Shown: positions 49,403 to 59,213, numbered from the whole stretch's first letter. The stretch is DNA of 61,782 bases, filler included, from 4 parts of 4 records of this genome joined end to end with filler, not necessarily neighbours in it, one strand, 5' to 3'. Notes: generated by a model not told the origin, from the sequence alone. Numbers and translations: made by a program.

Positions 49403-50938
49403 ATGAAACACCTAGTACTCTCTTTTGCTTTTTTAATCTCTTACTTTTCTATTCAAGCACAAGCACCACAAAGCATGTCTTATCAAGCTGTTATTCGCGA
49501 CGCAAGTAATAATTTGATCTCAACGAGTTCCGTTGGAGTACAAATAAGCGTTCTTCAAGGTTCAGCAAATGGCGTGGCTCTTTTCATTGAACGTCACACT
49601 CCAACCACTAATCAAAATGGACTGGCGACTTTACAAATCGGAACAGGAACACTTGTTTCTGGTTCATTTGGCGCAATTGATTGGTCGAACGGCCCGCTCT
49701 TTTTGAAGACAGAAACTGATCCAACGGGAGGAACAACCTATTCCATTTCAGGTACATCTCAATTTTTGAGTGTTCCTTACGCGCTTTACGCCGAAAATTC
49801 AGGAAATTCAGGGAGTCCCCAAACACTTGCATTGTCAGGAACTGATCTTACTATTTCTGGTGGAAACACTGTCTCTCTCGCGAGTTTAGGACAAGGAAAC
49901 ACATTGGATGGCGCTTATGATCAAGGTGGATCAGGTGCAGGCAGAATCATCACAGCAGATGCAGGTGAAGTTGAAATTAATGCGGTTGGCTCAAACGCTA
50001 TTGGATTACGCGCAACAAACGCAGGCACGGGCGTTTCCATTATTGCAACCTCTTCCAATCCTTCGAACACTTTTTCAACGATACAATCGTCTACTGCTTC
50101 CTCGTCGACGAATGCCTCAGGAATCATTGGAAACAGCACAGGCGCGGCTTGGGGAGTTTCTGGACAAGTAGCACAATCCGCAACAGCACAAGCGGCTGTG
50201 TATGGTTCAAACCTTCGAACAACTGGTGGTCATGGAGTATTTGGAATCGGTGTAAACGGAGTTGTTGGACAAACAAACTATAGCTCAGGAAATGCTGTTT
50301 ACGCGGAAAACTTCGACAATATTGCACCGCTTGGAAACGGAATCGGATCAGCTGGAAAAGGATATTATGGTGTCCTTGGAGAAGATAGATACCTGGGGTC
50401 AATTAACGGAGCGTATGGAGTTTTGTCAAATGGAAACCTTGGAGCAACGGGAACAAAAACATTTCTGATTGACCATCCGACTGATCCAGAAAATAAATTC
50501 TTGCGTCATTTTTCTACTGAATCAAACGAAGTGTTGAACATCTATCGTGGGAATATCGTGCTGGATGCAAATGGAGAAGCAATCGTTGAACTTCCAAATT
50601 ACTATGACGCGATCAACACTAATCCGAGTTATCATCTAACGCCGATTGGTGGCTTCGCACAGCTTTACATTAAAGAAGAGTTGACGGATGGGAAATTTGT
50701 AATTGCCGGGGGAACCGACGGACTAAAAGTTTCATGGACTATTTACTCTGAAAGAAACGATGCCTATCTTCAAACGTATCCCGAACAACGTGAAACGGAG
50801 ATTGAAAAGCGCGACGGTCAAAAAGGAAAATACGTAATGCCAGCTTTGTATGGAGCTTCAGAAAATCAAGGACTGTTTAATTCAGAGGTAAATGCTTCAG
50901 AGGAATTGTCTCAACCTAAAATTGAGCTGAAACCTTAA
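49403..50938 (+). CDS. Exported fibre/adhesin-like protein without T9SS CTD
   Basis: Signal peptide; QAPQSMSYQAVIRD..SVPYALYA N-domain; Gly-rich GVxG repeats; C-terminal GTKTFLIDHP..LRH..ES domain. Confidence 0.7.
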   Translation: MKHLVLSFAFLISYFSIQAQAPQSMSYQAVIRDASNNLISTSSVGVQISVLQGSANGVALFIERHTPTTNQNGLATLQIGTGTLVSGSFGAIDWSNGPLFLKTETDPTGGTTYSISGTSQFLSVPYALYAENSGNSGSPQTLALSGTDLTISGGNTVSLASLGQGNTLDGAYDQGGSGAGRIITADAGEVEINAVGSNAIGLRATNAGTGVSIIATSSNPSNTFSTIQSSTASSSTNASGIIGNSTGAAWGVSGQVAQSATAQAAVYGSNLRTTGGHGVFGIGVNGVVGQTNYSSGNAVYAENFDNIAPLGNGIGSAGKGYYGVLGEDRYLGSINGAYGVLSNGNLGATGTKTFLIDHPTDPENKFLRHFSTESNEVLNIYRGNIVLDANGEAIVELPNYYDAINTNPSYHLTPIGGFAQLYIKEELTDGKFVIAGGTDGLKVSWTIYSERNDAYLQTYPEQRETEIEKRDGQKGKYVMPALYGASENQGLFNSEVNASEELSQPKIELKP

Positions 50939-51496
50939 TTACTCATCTTCTACTTTTCGGATTCCGTTTTCAGGATACTTTCCTTTGAACTGGCTAAGTA
51001 CACTTTTGATGTACGCAATATCTGCCATTGGATCACCCGTTGGCGTGAATGGTTCGTAAAAACCGCCTATTTTTCGCTCGAAGTCCATGTAAGCGATGTA
51101 AATTGGAACGTTCGCTTTGCGAGCAATGTGATAGAATCCTTTTTTCCAATTGGGATTATAGCTCCGTGTTCCTTCTGGTGTGAAAACAATGTACATGGAT
51201 TCATTTTCTTCAAAACAACGTACCGCCGTGTTCGTTACATCATTTTTCCCTTTTCGATCCACAGGAATTCCTCCCATTGCCTTTAAAATCCAACCCATTG
51301 GAGGAAAGAAAAGTTCCTTTTTGATTAGGAAGCGTGCATTTACACCGTATGTTTTAAACGCAAGTCGACCTATGATAAAATCCCAGTTAGAAGTATGAGG
51401 TCCAACTACAATCACACATTTTTTCACCCCATCTGGAGCCGTCTTATCGACCTTCCATCCCATCAACCAAAGTAAGAATACCGCAATTTTTTTCAT
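50939..51496 (-). CDS. 1-acyl-sn-glycerol-3-phosphate acyltransferase family
   Basis: PHTSNWD, GGIPVDR, TPEGTR. Confidence 0.92.
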   Translation of the reverse strand: MKKIAVFLLWLMGWKVDKTAPDGVKKCVIVVGPHTSNWDFIIGRLAFKTYGVNARFLIKKELFFPPMGWILKAMGGIPVDRKGKNDVTNTAVRCFEENESMYIVFTPEGTRSYNPNWKKGFYHIARKANVPIYIAYMDFERKIGGFYEPFTPTGDPMADIAYIKSVLSQFKGKYPENGIRKVEDE

Positions 51497-51500
51497 TGTT

Positions 51501-51535
51501 CAAAAGTAATGATTAAACAATTACACTTACTTTTG
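51501..51535. promoter_or_regulatory. Back-to-back Bacteroidota -7 promoter elements
   Basis: TACTTTTG on minus (51501-51508) and plus (51528-51535), each 3-4 nt from a divergent ATG. Confidence 0.7.
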
Positions 51536-51538
51536 ACC

Positions 51539-52855
51539 ATGCGTAAAAGCACTATCATATTTAAACTGCTCGGAATCACCTTCTTAGCATTGATATTTTT
51601 CCTCATCTGGGGAATTGCTTCAGTCATTGTAAGTAACCCAGAGAATACTAACGCACAATATGTTCCTTCAGACGCCCGCTGGACGATAAGAATGGACGGA
51701 AATGCTTTCTTTAAGGAGAGTTTTTCAGAGGCATTTCTGACGTCAGATGAAAGTGAGATAGTTGACCTCATTCAAGAATTGGTGGAGAATAGAACTTCAT
51801 CTACGGAGTCATCTGATTTTGGAATTGATTTTCTCTCTGATGTATACGTGAGTTCCATCAAACGCGATGGCGAAAGATTTTTAGCTTTTATGTTCAACCT
51901 GAGCAATTCAGAAAAGTTTAGAAACCTCTTAGAGATTTCAGAAACAGGAAAAATTGCTATTTCTTCGGATAATAAAGTAGGAATTCTTTTGGTTCCAGGT
52001 TCAAAAAACGCAACGATTGGTTCTGAAAAGTTAGCTCAATATGCGCTTCAAATAGCTAAAAATACTACGTCAACAAAAACCAGTAAAAAAGGTGAAAATG
52101 TTCTGAGTTCTTTTTGGATTGATACGGATGGATATCACGGAGAATTGCATGTTTCTGCTCAGGAAAATGATGTGATGTTCAATGGTCAGTTGGATATCGC
52201 AGGGAGAGAAGATGCGAAATACAGGCAACTCAAACCAAACGGCTTCCATTTTTCGCATTCCTCGATAACGGGTAATTTGAAGGATACCGTTTCGTATATA
52301 TTGGAATCATTCTTACCTAGTTTGCCTTCGGGAGTTTCTTCGTTGAGTTTAAATTATCGCGGAACGGATATCACCACCGATCGAAACATGATGTTTTTGC
52401 CTGAAATAGATGTCCTTTTAGGGTATGATGACTCTGTGAGCATTTCTATGTTTCTAGCTGAACACCTTAAAAACGAGGCTATTTCTGATCTAACTTCCGA
52501 AACGTTCAAATGTGTTGGGGAAAAATATTTCTATCAACAAGTTGACTATAAAACAATTTATATTGGTCGTGAGAAACCTGTTTATGCGAGTGTAAATCAC
52601 TTTATGTTGATTACTGGAAATCCCTCAACTGTTATGACCCTTCGCGGAGATGATTCTTATTTGCGCTTTGCTCGTTTGATGCCGACTTTTCTAGCTACGG
52701 AAAATTTCATTCACTCAATGGAAAAAATTAATCTATCGATTTCAGTTCCAAAAAGTGGGAAGTCAAAGATTTCAGGGAGGATTAATTTTGCTTCAAAGTC
52801 GACTCCGATTGGTGCAATTCTTGAGTTTTTAGTGAGGACTGAGGTGGTTAAGTAG
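51539..52855 (+). CDS. Hypothetical membrane-anchored protein
   Basis: N-terminal TM helix then YVPSDA; start placed at ATG 51539. Confidence 0.7.
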   Translation: MRKSTIIFKLLGITFLALIFFLIWGIASVIVSNPENTNAQYVPSDARWTIRMDGNAFFKESFSEAFLTSDESEIVDLIQELVENRTSSTESSDFGIDFLSDVYVSSIKRDGERFLAFMFNLSNSEKFRNLLEISETGKIAISSDNKVGILLVPGSKNATIGSEKLAQYALQIAKNTTSTKTSKKGENVLSSFWIDTDGYHGELHVSAQENDVMFNGQLDIAGREDAKYRQLKPNGFHFSHSSITGNLKDTVSYILESFLPSLPSGVSSLSLNYRGTDITTDRNMMFLPEIDVLLGYDDSVSISMFLAEHLKNEAISDLTSETFKCVGEKYFYQQVDYKTIYIGREKPVYASVNHFMLITGNPSTVMTLRGDDSYLRFARLMPTFLATENFIHSMEKINLSISVPKSGKSKISGRINFASKSTPIGAILEFLVRTEVVK

Positions 52856-53015
52856 ACCGCAAGATTAGAAGACTAGAAGACTAGAAGATTACAAGACTAC
52901 CAGACTGCCAGACTGCCAGACGAAAGATTAAAGACTGATAGACTAGACGCGGGGGATTTGGATGCAAATATCCTTCGTCTTAAAATCTTATCTCTTGCAG
53001 TCTTAAAATCTTTCA
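52856..53015. repeat. Degenerate 7-8 bp tandem repeats in inverted arrangement between convergent genes
   Basis: AAGATTAG/AAGACTAG/CAGACTGC units on the left; complementary GTCTTAAAATCTT units on the right. Confidence 0.75.
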
Positions 53016-53020
53016 TTGAA

Positions 53021-53806
53021 TCAAAGCGACTGTATCAATTCTCGGAAATATTTAGGGGCTTCTTTTAGTTTGGAACCGTACCACGAAAACATTTCGCCAT
53101 CGACAAGCACAATTTTCGCTTTGGGGTATTTTTCTTGAAAATCTTCCAAGTGTTTTTCTGCGAAGGGAAACGGTTCGGAGCTCAGAAATACGTAATCTGG
53201 AGCAAGATCGGTGTTGGTCACATCTGGATATCGTTCTTCTTGACAAGCATTAACTAATCCGCATTTTGAGAGCATTGCATCTACAAATGTGTTGGTTCCT
53301 GAAACCATTTTTGGATCGTTCCAAATAAAGTAAAGGACTGATTTTCCGCGAACGAAAGATGTTTCAACTGCTTCACGGAGAAGTCGGAATTCCTTATTAA
53401 TCTTGGTGATTAAGTGATCAACTTCACTTGTTTTATCTGTAATTTCACCCAATAAACGCATCATTTCTAGCGCATCAGCAAGATCGTAGATGTCGCTCAT
53501 CCAAACGGGAGCTATTTTTTTGAGGCATTCAATGTTTTCCTTTTGATTTTCTTCCTTGTTTCCAATAATCAAATCAGGTTTTAATCCAAAGACCAAATCA
53601 AAGTTCGCGGATTTAGTCCCTCCAACTCTTGTTTTTGATTCGAACCATTCATTTGGTTTTATGCAAAACTTAGTGATGCCCACAACTTCTTCCTCAAGAC
53701 CCAAAAAGTGCAAAAGTTGTGTTTGCGAAGGTACTAACGAAACAATCCGACGTGGCACAGTTGCCAGTCGGATTGTTTGATTCATTTGGTCTTTAAATTC
53801 GTTCAT
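53021..53806 (-). CDS. Helical-backbone metal receptor (BtuF-like)
   Basis: RIVSLVPSQT, VGITKFC, VGGTK, LSSEPFPF, VDGEMFSWYG. Confidence 0.88.
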   Translation of the reverse strand: MNEFKDQMNQTIRLATVPRRIVSLVPSQTQLLHFLGLEEEVVGITKFCIKPNEWFESKTRVGGTKSANFDLVFGLKPDLIIGNKEENQKENIECLKKIAPVWMSDIYDLADALEMMRLLGEITDKTSEVDHLITKINKEFRLLREAVETSFVRGKSVLYFIWNDPKMVSGTNTFVDAMLSKCGLVNACQEERYPDVTNTDLAPDYVFLSSEPFPFAEKHLEDFQEKYPKAKIVLVDGEMFSWYGSKLKEAPKYFRELIQSL

Positions 53807-55168
53807 TTATGCAATCGCAGCGATTAAATCGTGACGCGTTATAATATGATGATTTCCATCTCCTAAGTCCACTAATACCGCGGACGTATCTTTGCTAATC
53901 AATTTTGAAATTTCTTCAATTCTTGTTGCTCCGGAAACGACAGGAAAAGGAGCTCCCATGATCGATGAAATAGCTGTGTCGCGCATTTCTGGTTGATCCA
54001 CCAACAATTGGTACACTTTATTATCGTCAATTGACCCAACAAATTTTCCGTCTTTCATAACTGGAATTTGAGAAATCGAGTACTTTCTGATCTTGTCAAT
54101 CGCGTGAGAAACCAATTCTTCACCGTAAAGTGAAACTAAAGGTCGATCTCCATGTTTTGAGACTAAATCTGCAGCTGTTTTAATGTGCTCATCAAGGAAT
54201 CCACGCTCGCGCATCCAATCGTCGTTGAAGATTTTTCCAACATATCGACTTCCGTGATCGTGGAACAACACTACTACTACATCGTCTTCTGTTAACTGAT
54301 CTTTCATTTGAAGCAATCCCTTAATCGCTGATCCAGCTGAGTTCCCTACAAAAATTCCTTCCTCACGCGCCAAACGACGTGTAAAAACGGCAGCATCTTT
54401 ATCTGTAACTTTTTCAAAGTGATCAATCACTGAAAAATCAACATTCTTTGGAAGAATATCTTCTCCAATTCCTTCTGTGATGTAGGGATAAATCTCGTTT
54501 TCATCAAAAATTCCCGTTTCATGGTACTTTTTGAAGACAGATCCGTACGTATCAATCCCCCAAATCTTCACATTTGGATTTTGTTCTTTCAAGTATTGTC
54601 CAACTCCTGAAATCGTTCCTCCAGTTCCAACACCCACTACAAAATGCGTTACTTTCCCGTCCGTTTGATCCCAAATTTCTGGTCCAGTTTGCTCGTAATG
54701 TGCTGTGCGATTCGAAAGATTGTCGTATTGATTTACATACCAAGAATTTGGTGTTTCAGCTGCCAATCTTTTCGAAACAGAATAATATGAACGCGGATCG
54801 GTAGGCTCAACAGCCGTAGGGCAAACAACGACTTCCGCACCAACAGCGCGAAGGATATCCATTTTCTCTTTCGATTGTTTATCATTTAGTACACAAATTA
54901 ATTTGTATCCTTTAATAATACATGCTAGAGCAAGTCCCATTCCTGTATTTCCAGAAGTTCCTTCGATAATTGTTCCTCCCGGTTTGATGATTCCAGCTGC
55001 CTCAGCATCTTCGATCATTTTTAACGCCATTCTGTCTTTCACAGAATTTCCTGGATTCGTTGTTTCAACTTTCGCTAAAACGGTCGCCTTCACTTCCTTT
55101 GTAAGCACATTTAACTTTACTAACGGAGTATTTCCGATAGTCTCTAATATATTGTTGTAGATTTTCAT
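53807..55168 (-). CDS. Cystathionine beta-synthase (PLP + CBS domains)
   Basis: NPGNSVKDR, TSGNTGMGLA, GVGTGGT, C-terminal CBS pair; start ATG 55168 after TACCTTTG. Confidence 0.92.
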   Translation of the reverse strand: MKIYNNILETIGNTPLVKLNVLTKEVKATVLAKVETTNPGNSVKDRMALKMIEDAEAAGIIKPGGTIIEGTSGNTGMGLALACIIKGYKLICVLNDKQSKEKMDILRAVGAEVVVCPTAVEPTDPRSYYSVSKRLAAETPNSWYVNQYDNLSNRTAHYEQTGPEIWDQTDGKVTHFVVGVGTGGTISGVGQYLKEQNPNVKIWGIDTYGSVFKKYHETGIFDENEIYPYITEGIGEDILPKNVDFSVIDHFEKVTDKDAAVFTRRLAREEGIFVGNSAGSAIKGLLQMKDQLTEDDVVVVLFHDHGSRYVGKIFNDDWMRERGFLDEHIKTAADLVSKHGDRPLVSLYGEELVSHAIDKIRKYSISQIPVMKDGKFVGSIDDNKVYQLLVDQPEMRDTAISSIMGAPFPVVSGATRIEEISKLISKDTSAVLVDLGDGNHHIITRHDLIAAIA

Positions 55169-55307
55169 CAGGGTAAAAAATTTAGACAAAGGTATCTCTT
55201 CCAAAATAAAATCGCGCAAAATATCGAAATGAATTCCATTCTTTATTAATTCACGTGCAACCCTTTTGGTGTGAGAGTCATTCTAAAAGAAACTTCAAAT
55301 TAATTTT

Positions 55308-55955
55308 ATGAAAAAATTTCTATTTCTTTTAATCGCATTCTCAGGATTTCAAAGTTCGGCACAAACCAACACATGTTGTCCATATATAAGCACAATTGAA
55401 ATTCTACCAAACAATCCTACAACGGCCGATAATATAAAGATTGTCACTTTCGTAGCCACACCGAACGACGGTTTCAAAATTGAAAGTTCTTTTTCAGTTT
55501 CACAGAATACAATAACAGCCGAAGCTTGTTATTATTCGGGATTCCTTACAGTTATCACAGAAATATACGACACTCTTGAAATAGGTCCATTAAGCAGTGG
55601 TACTTATGATTTTGACTTTACGGCATTTCTTTCACTGAGTGAATCCAGTTGTACGTATTCGGATTCGAATGTTGTTTCCGTAAACTTTAATGTTACAGAG
55701 CAAACCAGTGGACTCGCTGAGGAAACATTACAAGGTTTAAAAGTGGTTCCAAACCCGAATAATGGTGAGTTTAAATTCTACAATAACGGGGATGAAACCA
55801 TTACGACTGTGTCAATTAATACCATTGATGGGAAGGTTATAAAATCGGTTCCTTTTAAAAATTTCATGACGGAATCGCTCCCGACAGGAAATTACTTCCT
55901 TCATTTCTATAATCAGAATGAGTTCTTGGGTGCTAAGCGCGTAATCGTGTACTAA
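55308..55955 (+). CDS. T9SS type-A sorting domain protein
   Basis: Signal peptide, small Cys-containing beta domain, CTD VVPNPNNGEF..GNYFL..KRVIVY. Confidence 0.8.
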   Translation: MKKFLFLLIAFSGFQSSAQTNTCCPYISTIEILPNNPTTADNIKIVTFVATPNDGFKIESSFSVSQNTITAEACYYSGFLTVITEIYDTLEIGPLSSGTYDFDFTAFLSLSESSCTYSDSNVVSVNFNVTEQTSGLAEETLQGLKVVPNPNNGEFKFYNNGDETITTVSINTIDGKVIKSVPFKNFMTESLPTGNYFLHFYNQNEFLGAKRVIVY

Positions 55956-56015
55956 TTAATATGTAGTAAGTAGAGTGACGAAAGAGAATGTGCAATTGAA
56001 TTGTACGTTCTCTTT

Positions 56016-56987
56016 TTATATAACCCCCTTAATTCTCATGAGAATAACGGCTACGTATGTCAAATAGGTCAGTGTAAGAATCGCTCCTTTCAATCTTCCA
56101 ATTCTTTTCCCTACTGCTAAGATGAAAATCAAGAAGAATGAGATTCCGAGCATCCAAAGCATGTCGAAATTAAGCATCGAGTGAGAAACCTCAATTGGTT
56201 TCACGAAAGCCGTCAATCCAATTACTGCTAGGATATTGAAGATATTGGAACCGATTAAATTCCCCAAAGCAATATCGGTTTGCTTTCTAAATGCCGCAAC
56301 CACAGACGCAACCAATTCAGGAGCACTCGTACCCAAAGCAACAACCGTTACTCCAATGATCGTGTCCTTATCTGGATTTCCTTCTAAAAGGATTTCTGCG
56401 ATTCCAACGGATCCATCAACGAACCAGCCCGCGCCAAAAAAGAGTCCAACCAGTCCTATTGATAGAAAAACGAGTGATTTCCACATCGGAAACTTCAAAG
56501 CTTCGTCGAATTCACATGCATCTTCTTCGAGTGCCTGTTTTGTCTTCTTTCTCGATTTTGAGATCATTAAGTAGATAAATACCACTAAAATCCCAAACAA
56601 AACTGCTCCTTCCCACCAAACGATAAGATTATCGATTGCGAATAAATAAAACAGAATTGAAGCTAGGATCATCATTGGGTAGTCCACTGCCTTTGTTTGC
56701 CTTCCTGCCACAATAGGGAAAATGAGCGCTGTTAACCCAAGTACCAAAGCAATATTTGCGATGTTCGAGCCAACGACATTTCCCATCGCTATTCCAGGGT
56801 TTCCACTTAAGGCACTGTCGATACTTACAATGAGTTCAGGAGCAGATGTTCCGAAGGAAACCACCGTCATTCCTATTACAAGTGGCGAAATTTTAAATGC
56901 AGATGAACAGCCAACTGCTCCGCGCACAAGAAATTCACCGCCTACGATCAATACCGCAAGTCCCAACAAAAGCATTAAATAATCCAT
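56016..56987 (-). CDS. Calcium/sodium antiporter (YrbG family)
   Basis: Two GTSAPEL repeats with GNVVGSNIAN / GNLIGSNIFN. Confidence 0.93.
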   Translation of the reverse strand: MDYLMLLLGLAVLIVGGEFLVRGAVGCSSAFKISPLVIGMTVVSFGTSAPELIVSIDSALSGNPGIAMGNVVGSNIANIALVLGLTALIFPIVAGRQTKAVDYPMMILASILFYLFAIDNLIVWWEGAVLFGILVVFIYLMISKSRKKTKQALEEDACEFDEALKFPMWKSLVFLSIGLVGLFFGAGWFVDGSVGIAEILLEGNPDKDTIIGVTVVALGTSAPELVASVVAAFRKQTDIALGNLIGSNIFNILAVIGLTAFVKPIEVSHSMLNFDMLWMLGISFFLIFILAVGKRIGRLKGAILTLTYLTYVAVILMRIKGVI

Positions 56988-57057
56988 AGTTTTTTTCTGT
57001 GAGTCCAAAGATAAAATTTTACCCTGATCAGCCTGTTTAATTGCTATTTTTGTTTGT

Positions 57058-57339
57058 ATGGATTTTCAACTTGAGTCTGATTTTAAACCTACAGGAGACC
57101 AACCTCATGCAATTGAGCAATTGGTAGAAGGAATTAACGCTGGCGTAGATCATCAAACGTTGCTTGGAGTGACAGGAAGTGGTAAAACGTTCACGGTTGC
57201 AAATGTGATCATGGAAACGCAGAGACCAACGCTCATTCTTGCTCACAATAAAACCCTTGCGGCACAACTTTATGGAGAATTCAAGCAATTCTTCCCGAAA
57301 AACGCTGTAGAATATTTTGTATCCTACTACGATTATTAT
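57058..57339 (+). CDS. uvrB: Excinuclease ABC subunit B, 3'-truncated
   Basis: [36 protein letters not shown]. Confidence 0.97.
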
Positions 57340-57439
57340 NNNNNNNNNNNNNNNNNNNNNNNNNNNNNNNNNNNNNNNNNNNNTTAATTAATTAANNNNN
57401 NNNNNNNNNNNNNNNNNNNNNNNNNNNNNNNNNNNNNNN
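57340..57439. other. Artificial contig spacer
   Basis: N44-TTAATTAATTAA-N44. Confidence 0.98.
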
Positions 57440-57708
57440 GTCCAAAACTCCATACATTCAATTATGCGGCAACTGGATGCAGCGCTGTGAACAGATTGGA
57501 ACTAAGTGCCCAATCTGGTCACTGGATCGTCCTGGACCATTGGGGTCCAGAGAATATACAGAAGTTTGCTGTTCGTGTAATTCAGCCAACAGAGATATGT
57601 GCGGATAAAATATCCGTATCAACGTCTAAAAATGGGAATATCAGTTTAATTCGCAAACAAGAACTCACCTATATCCTTACCACGATTTTCCATCGGATTG
57701 GTTTGACA

Positions 57709-58008
57709 ATGAGTTCAATAGAAAAACTGGGAATCCCTGCAAATGAACCCGCTCCTGCGGATCAGCGCCCGCCTCGGCACAAAGTGCTCAAGGGCGCGCA
57801 TGTTGCCTTTAATAGCGAATTCAGCGCGGTTCCCTGCACAATCCGCAATATGAGCGAAACCGGTTCCCGGATTATTATTGCGGAGGGATGGTTCATCCCC
57901 GAACAGTTCATGCTTCATGTTGATATTGACGGCTACAAGGTTGAATGCAAGCGCGTATGGCGACGCGGTAGCGAGTGTGGCGCACGTTTCATTGGCGGTC
58001 ATAATTAA
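57709..58008 (+). CDS. PilZ domain protein
   Basis: PRHKVLKGA..CTIRNMSETG..C..VWRRG..GARF; start placed at ATG 57709. Confidence 0.8.
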   Translation: MSSIEKLGIPANEPAPADQRPPRHKVLKGAHVAFNSEFSAVPCTIRNMSETGSRIIIAEGWFIPEQFMLHVDIDGYKVECKRVWRRGSECGARFIGGHN

Positions 58009-58118
58009 GGTTTGCGACAGAATCTTCCGGTATGCCGCCAGTGGGTGGCCGATGTAATTTCAAAAACGAGCTGACACCAAGTGACCCATTCCGGAAGACC
58101 TCTTAGGCGCTTCTGGTT

Positions 58119-59213
58119 CTATTCGGTAAGCCGGGAGACCACCTGAGCCGTTTTTTCACCAATGTTCTTGAAGGCGCTGATCAAGTCGCTGCTATTTTTG
58201 GCATCAAAATAGTTTCCCGGTGCAGAGGCACAATAGGACAACAATTTCTGGCCGCGTGGAGGGGCCGCGAAAGCGATCGTGTAAACTGTCACGCCATCGG
58301 CTTTAGCCTTGTCGCATAGCGCCTTGGTCGAGGTGTCCGCGGAATTGTAGTTGTTGTCCCCGTCGGTCATGAAGACGATGATCTTCTCGGGCGTCTGGCC
58401 GGTCTTATTGATGTGCAGATTAGTCTCGGTCGCATCCGTGACTGATGTGTAACCCCATTTGAAGGCATCGGTTGAATCGGTGCCGCCGCTGGCTGCTAAC
58501 CCCGAAACGAACGTCCAGACCTTATCTCTGTTCCAGGTCATTTTCTCGGAGCCGTTCACTCGCGTGTCGTAGGTTACCGCCCCAAGACGGACATACTCCT
58601 GCTTCTGATCGCTGACAGCAAAACTCTGTATGAGTCCTGAGACCGCGGTTTTGAGAACATCCATCTTGATCTGGCCGTCAAGCTGCCAGCCCATGGAACC
58701 GGACTTATCCAGGACCAGCGCCATCGATACAGAGCCCTTCTTGGCTTCCGTCCCGCTCGCCGAAGTTCCAGACACATCGACACTCATGGTGTCCCGTCCG
58801 AGAATCCTGGCCATGGGTGTCGAGGCCTGGGTGCCGGTGACTGCTATGGACACACGCCATGTGGTGGCGCCGTTACTAGTCGTTGGCGTGATTGTAACCT
58901 TCGGCTCGATCGAAAAGTTGGAGTACGCAGTGCCTCCGTCCTCGACTTGGCTCTTCAGGAATTGAATGGCGAAGGACTTTGCATCCAGAAGACTGAGGCT
59001 GGGCTCCTTGTAAAGTCGTGTGGCGGTCGCCAGCGCTGCGCTATCGACAGCGTTCTGAAGGGTCGTTTTCATAGACATGTTGTTGGTGACATCGACTGCC
59101 AAGCTGCCGGCTGCGAAGAGCACCGGCAGGAACAGGCCTGCTATCATGGCAAAATTGCCGTCTTTGTTGTCAAGAAAGCCGGAGGCTCGGCTTTTCGTAT
59201 CTGACTTAGACAT
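58119..59213 (-). CDS. TadG-like pilus assembly protein with vWA domain
   Basis: GNFAM pilin-like N-terminus, LQNAVDSAALA, MIDAS DKSGS, FMTDG, CDKAK..YTIAF. Confidence 0.88.
   Translation of the reverse strand: MSKSDTKSRASGFLDNKDGNFAMIAGLFLPVLFAAGSLAVDVTNNMSMKTTLQNAVDSAALATATRLYKEPSLSLLDAKSFAIQFLKSQVEDGGTAYSNFSIEPKVTITPTTSNGATTWRVSIAVTGTQASTPMARILGRDTMSVDVSGTSASGTEAKKGSVSMALVLDKSGSMGWQLDGQIKMDVLKTAVSGLIQSFAVSDQKQEYVRLGAVTYDTRVNGSEKMTWNRDKVWTFVSGLAASGGTDSTDAFKWGYTSVTDATETNLHINKTGQTPEKIIVFMTDGDNNYNSADTSTKALCDKAKADGVTVYTIAFAAPPRGQKLLSYCASAPGNYFDAKNSSDLISAFKNIGEKTAQVVSRLTE

Noticed and set aside
52856-52950. Possible CRISPR array
   Set aside because: Units are 7-8 bp with no unique spacers and there are no cas genes
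6925-57439. Three identical TTAATTAATTAA motifs in N-runs, and cross-segment links such as two mscS genes or CBS with the desulfurase
   Set aside because: Artificial spacers joining contigs from different organisms; associations across them carry no information
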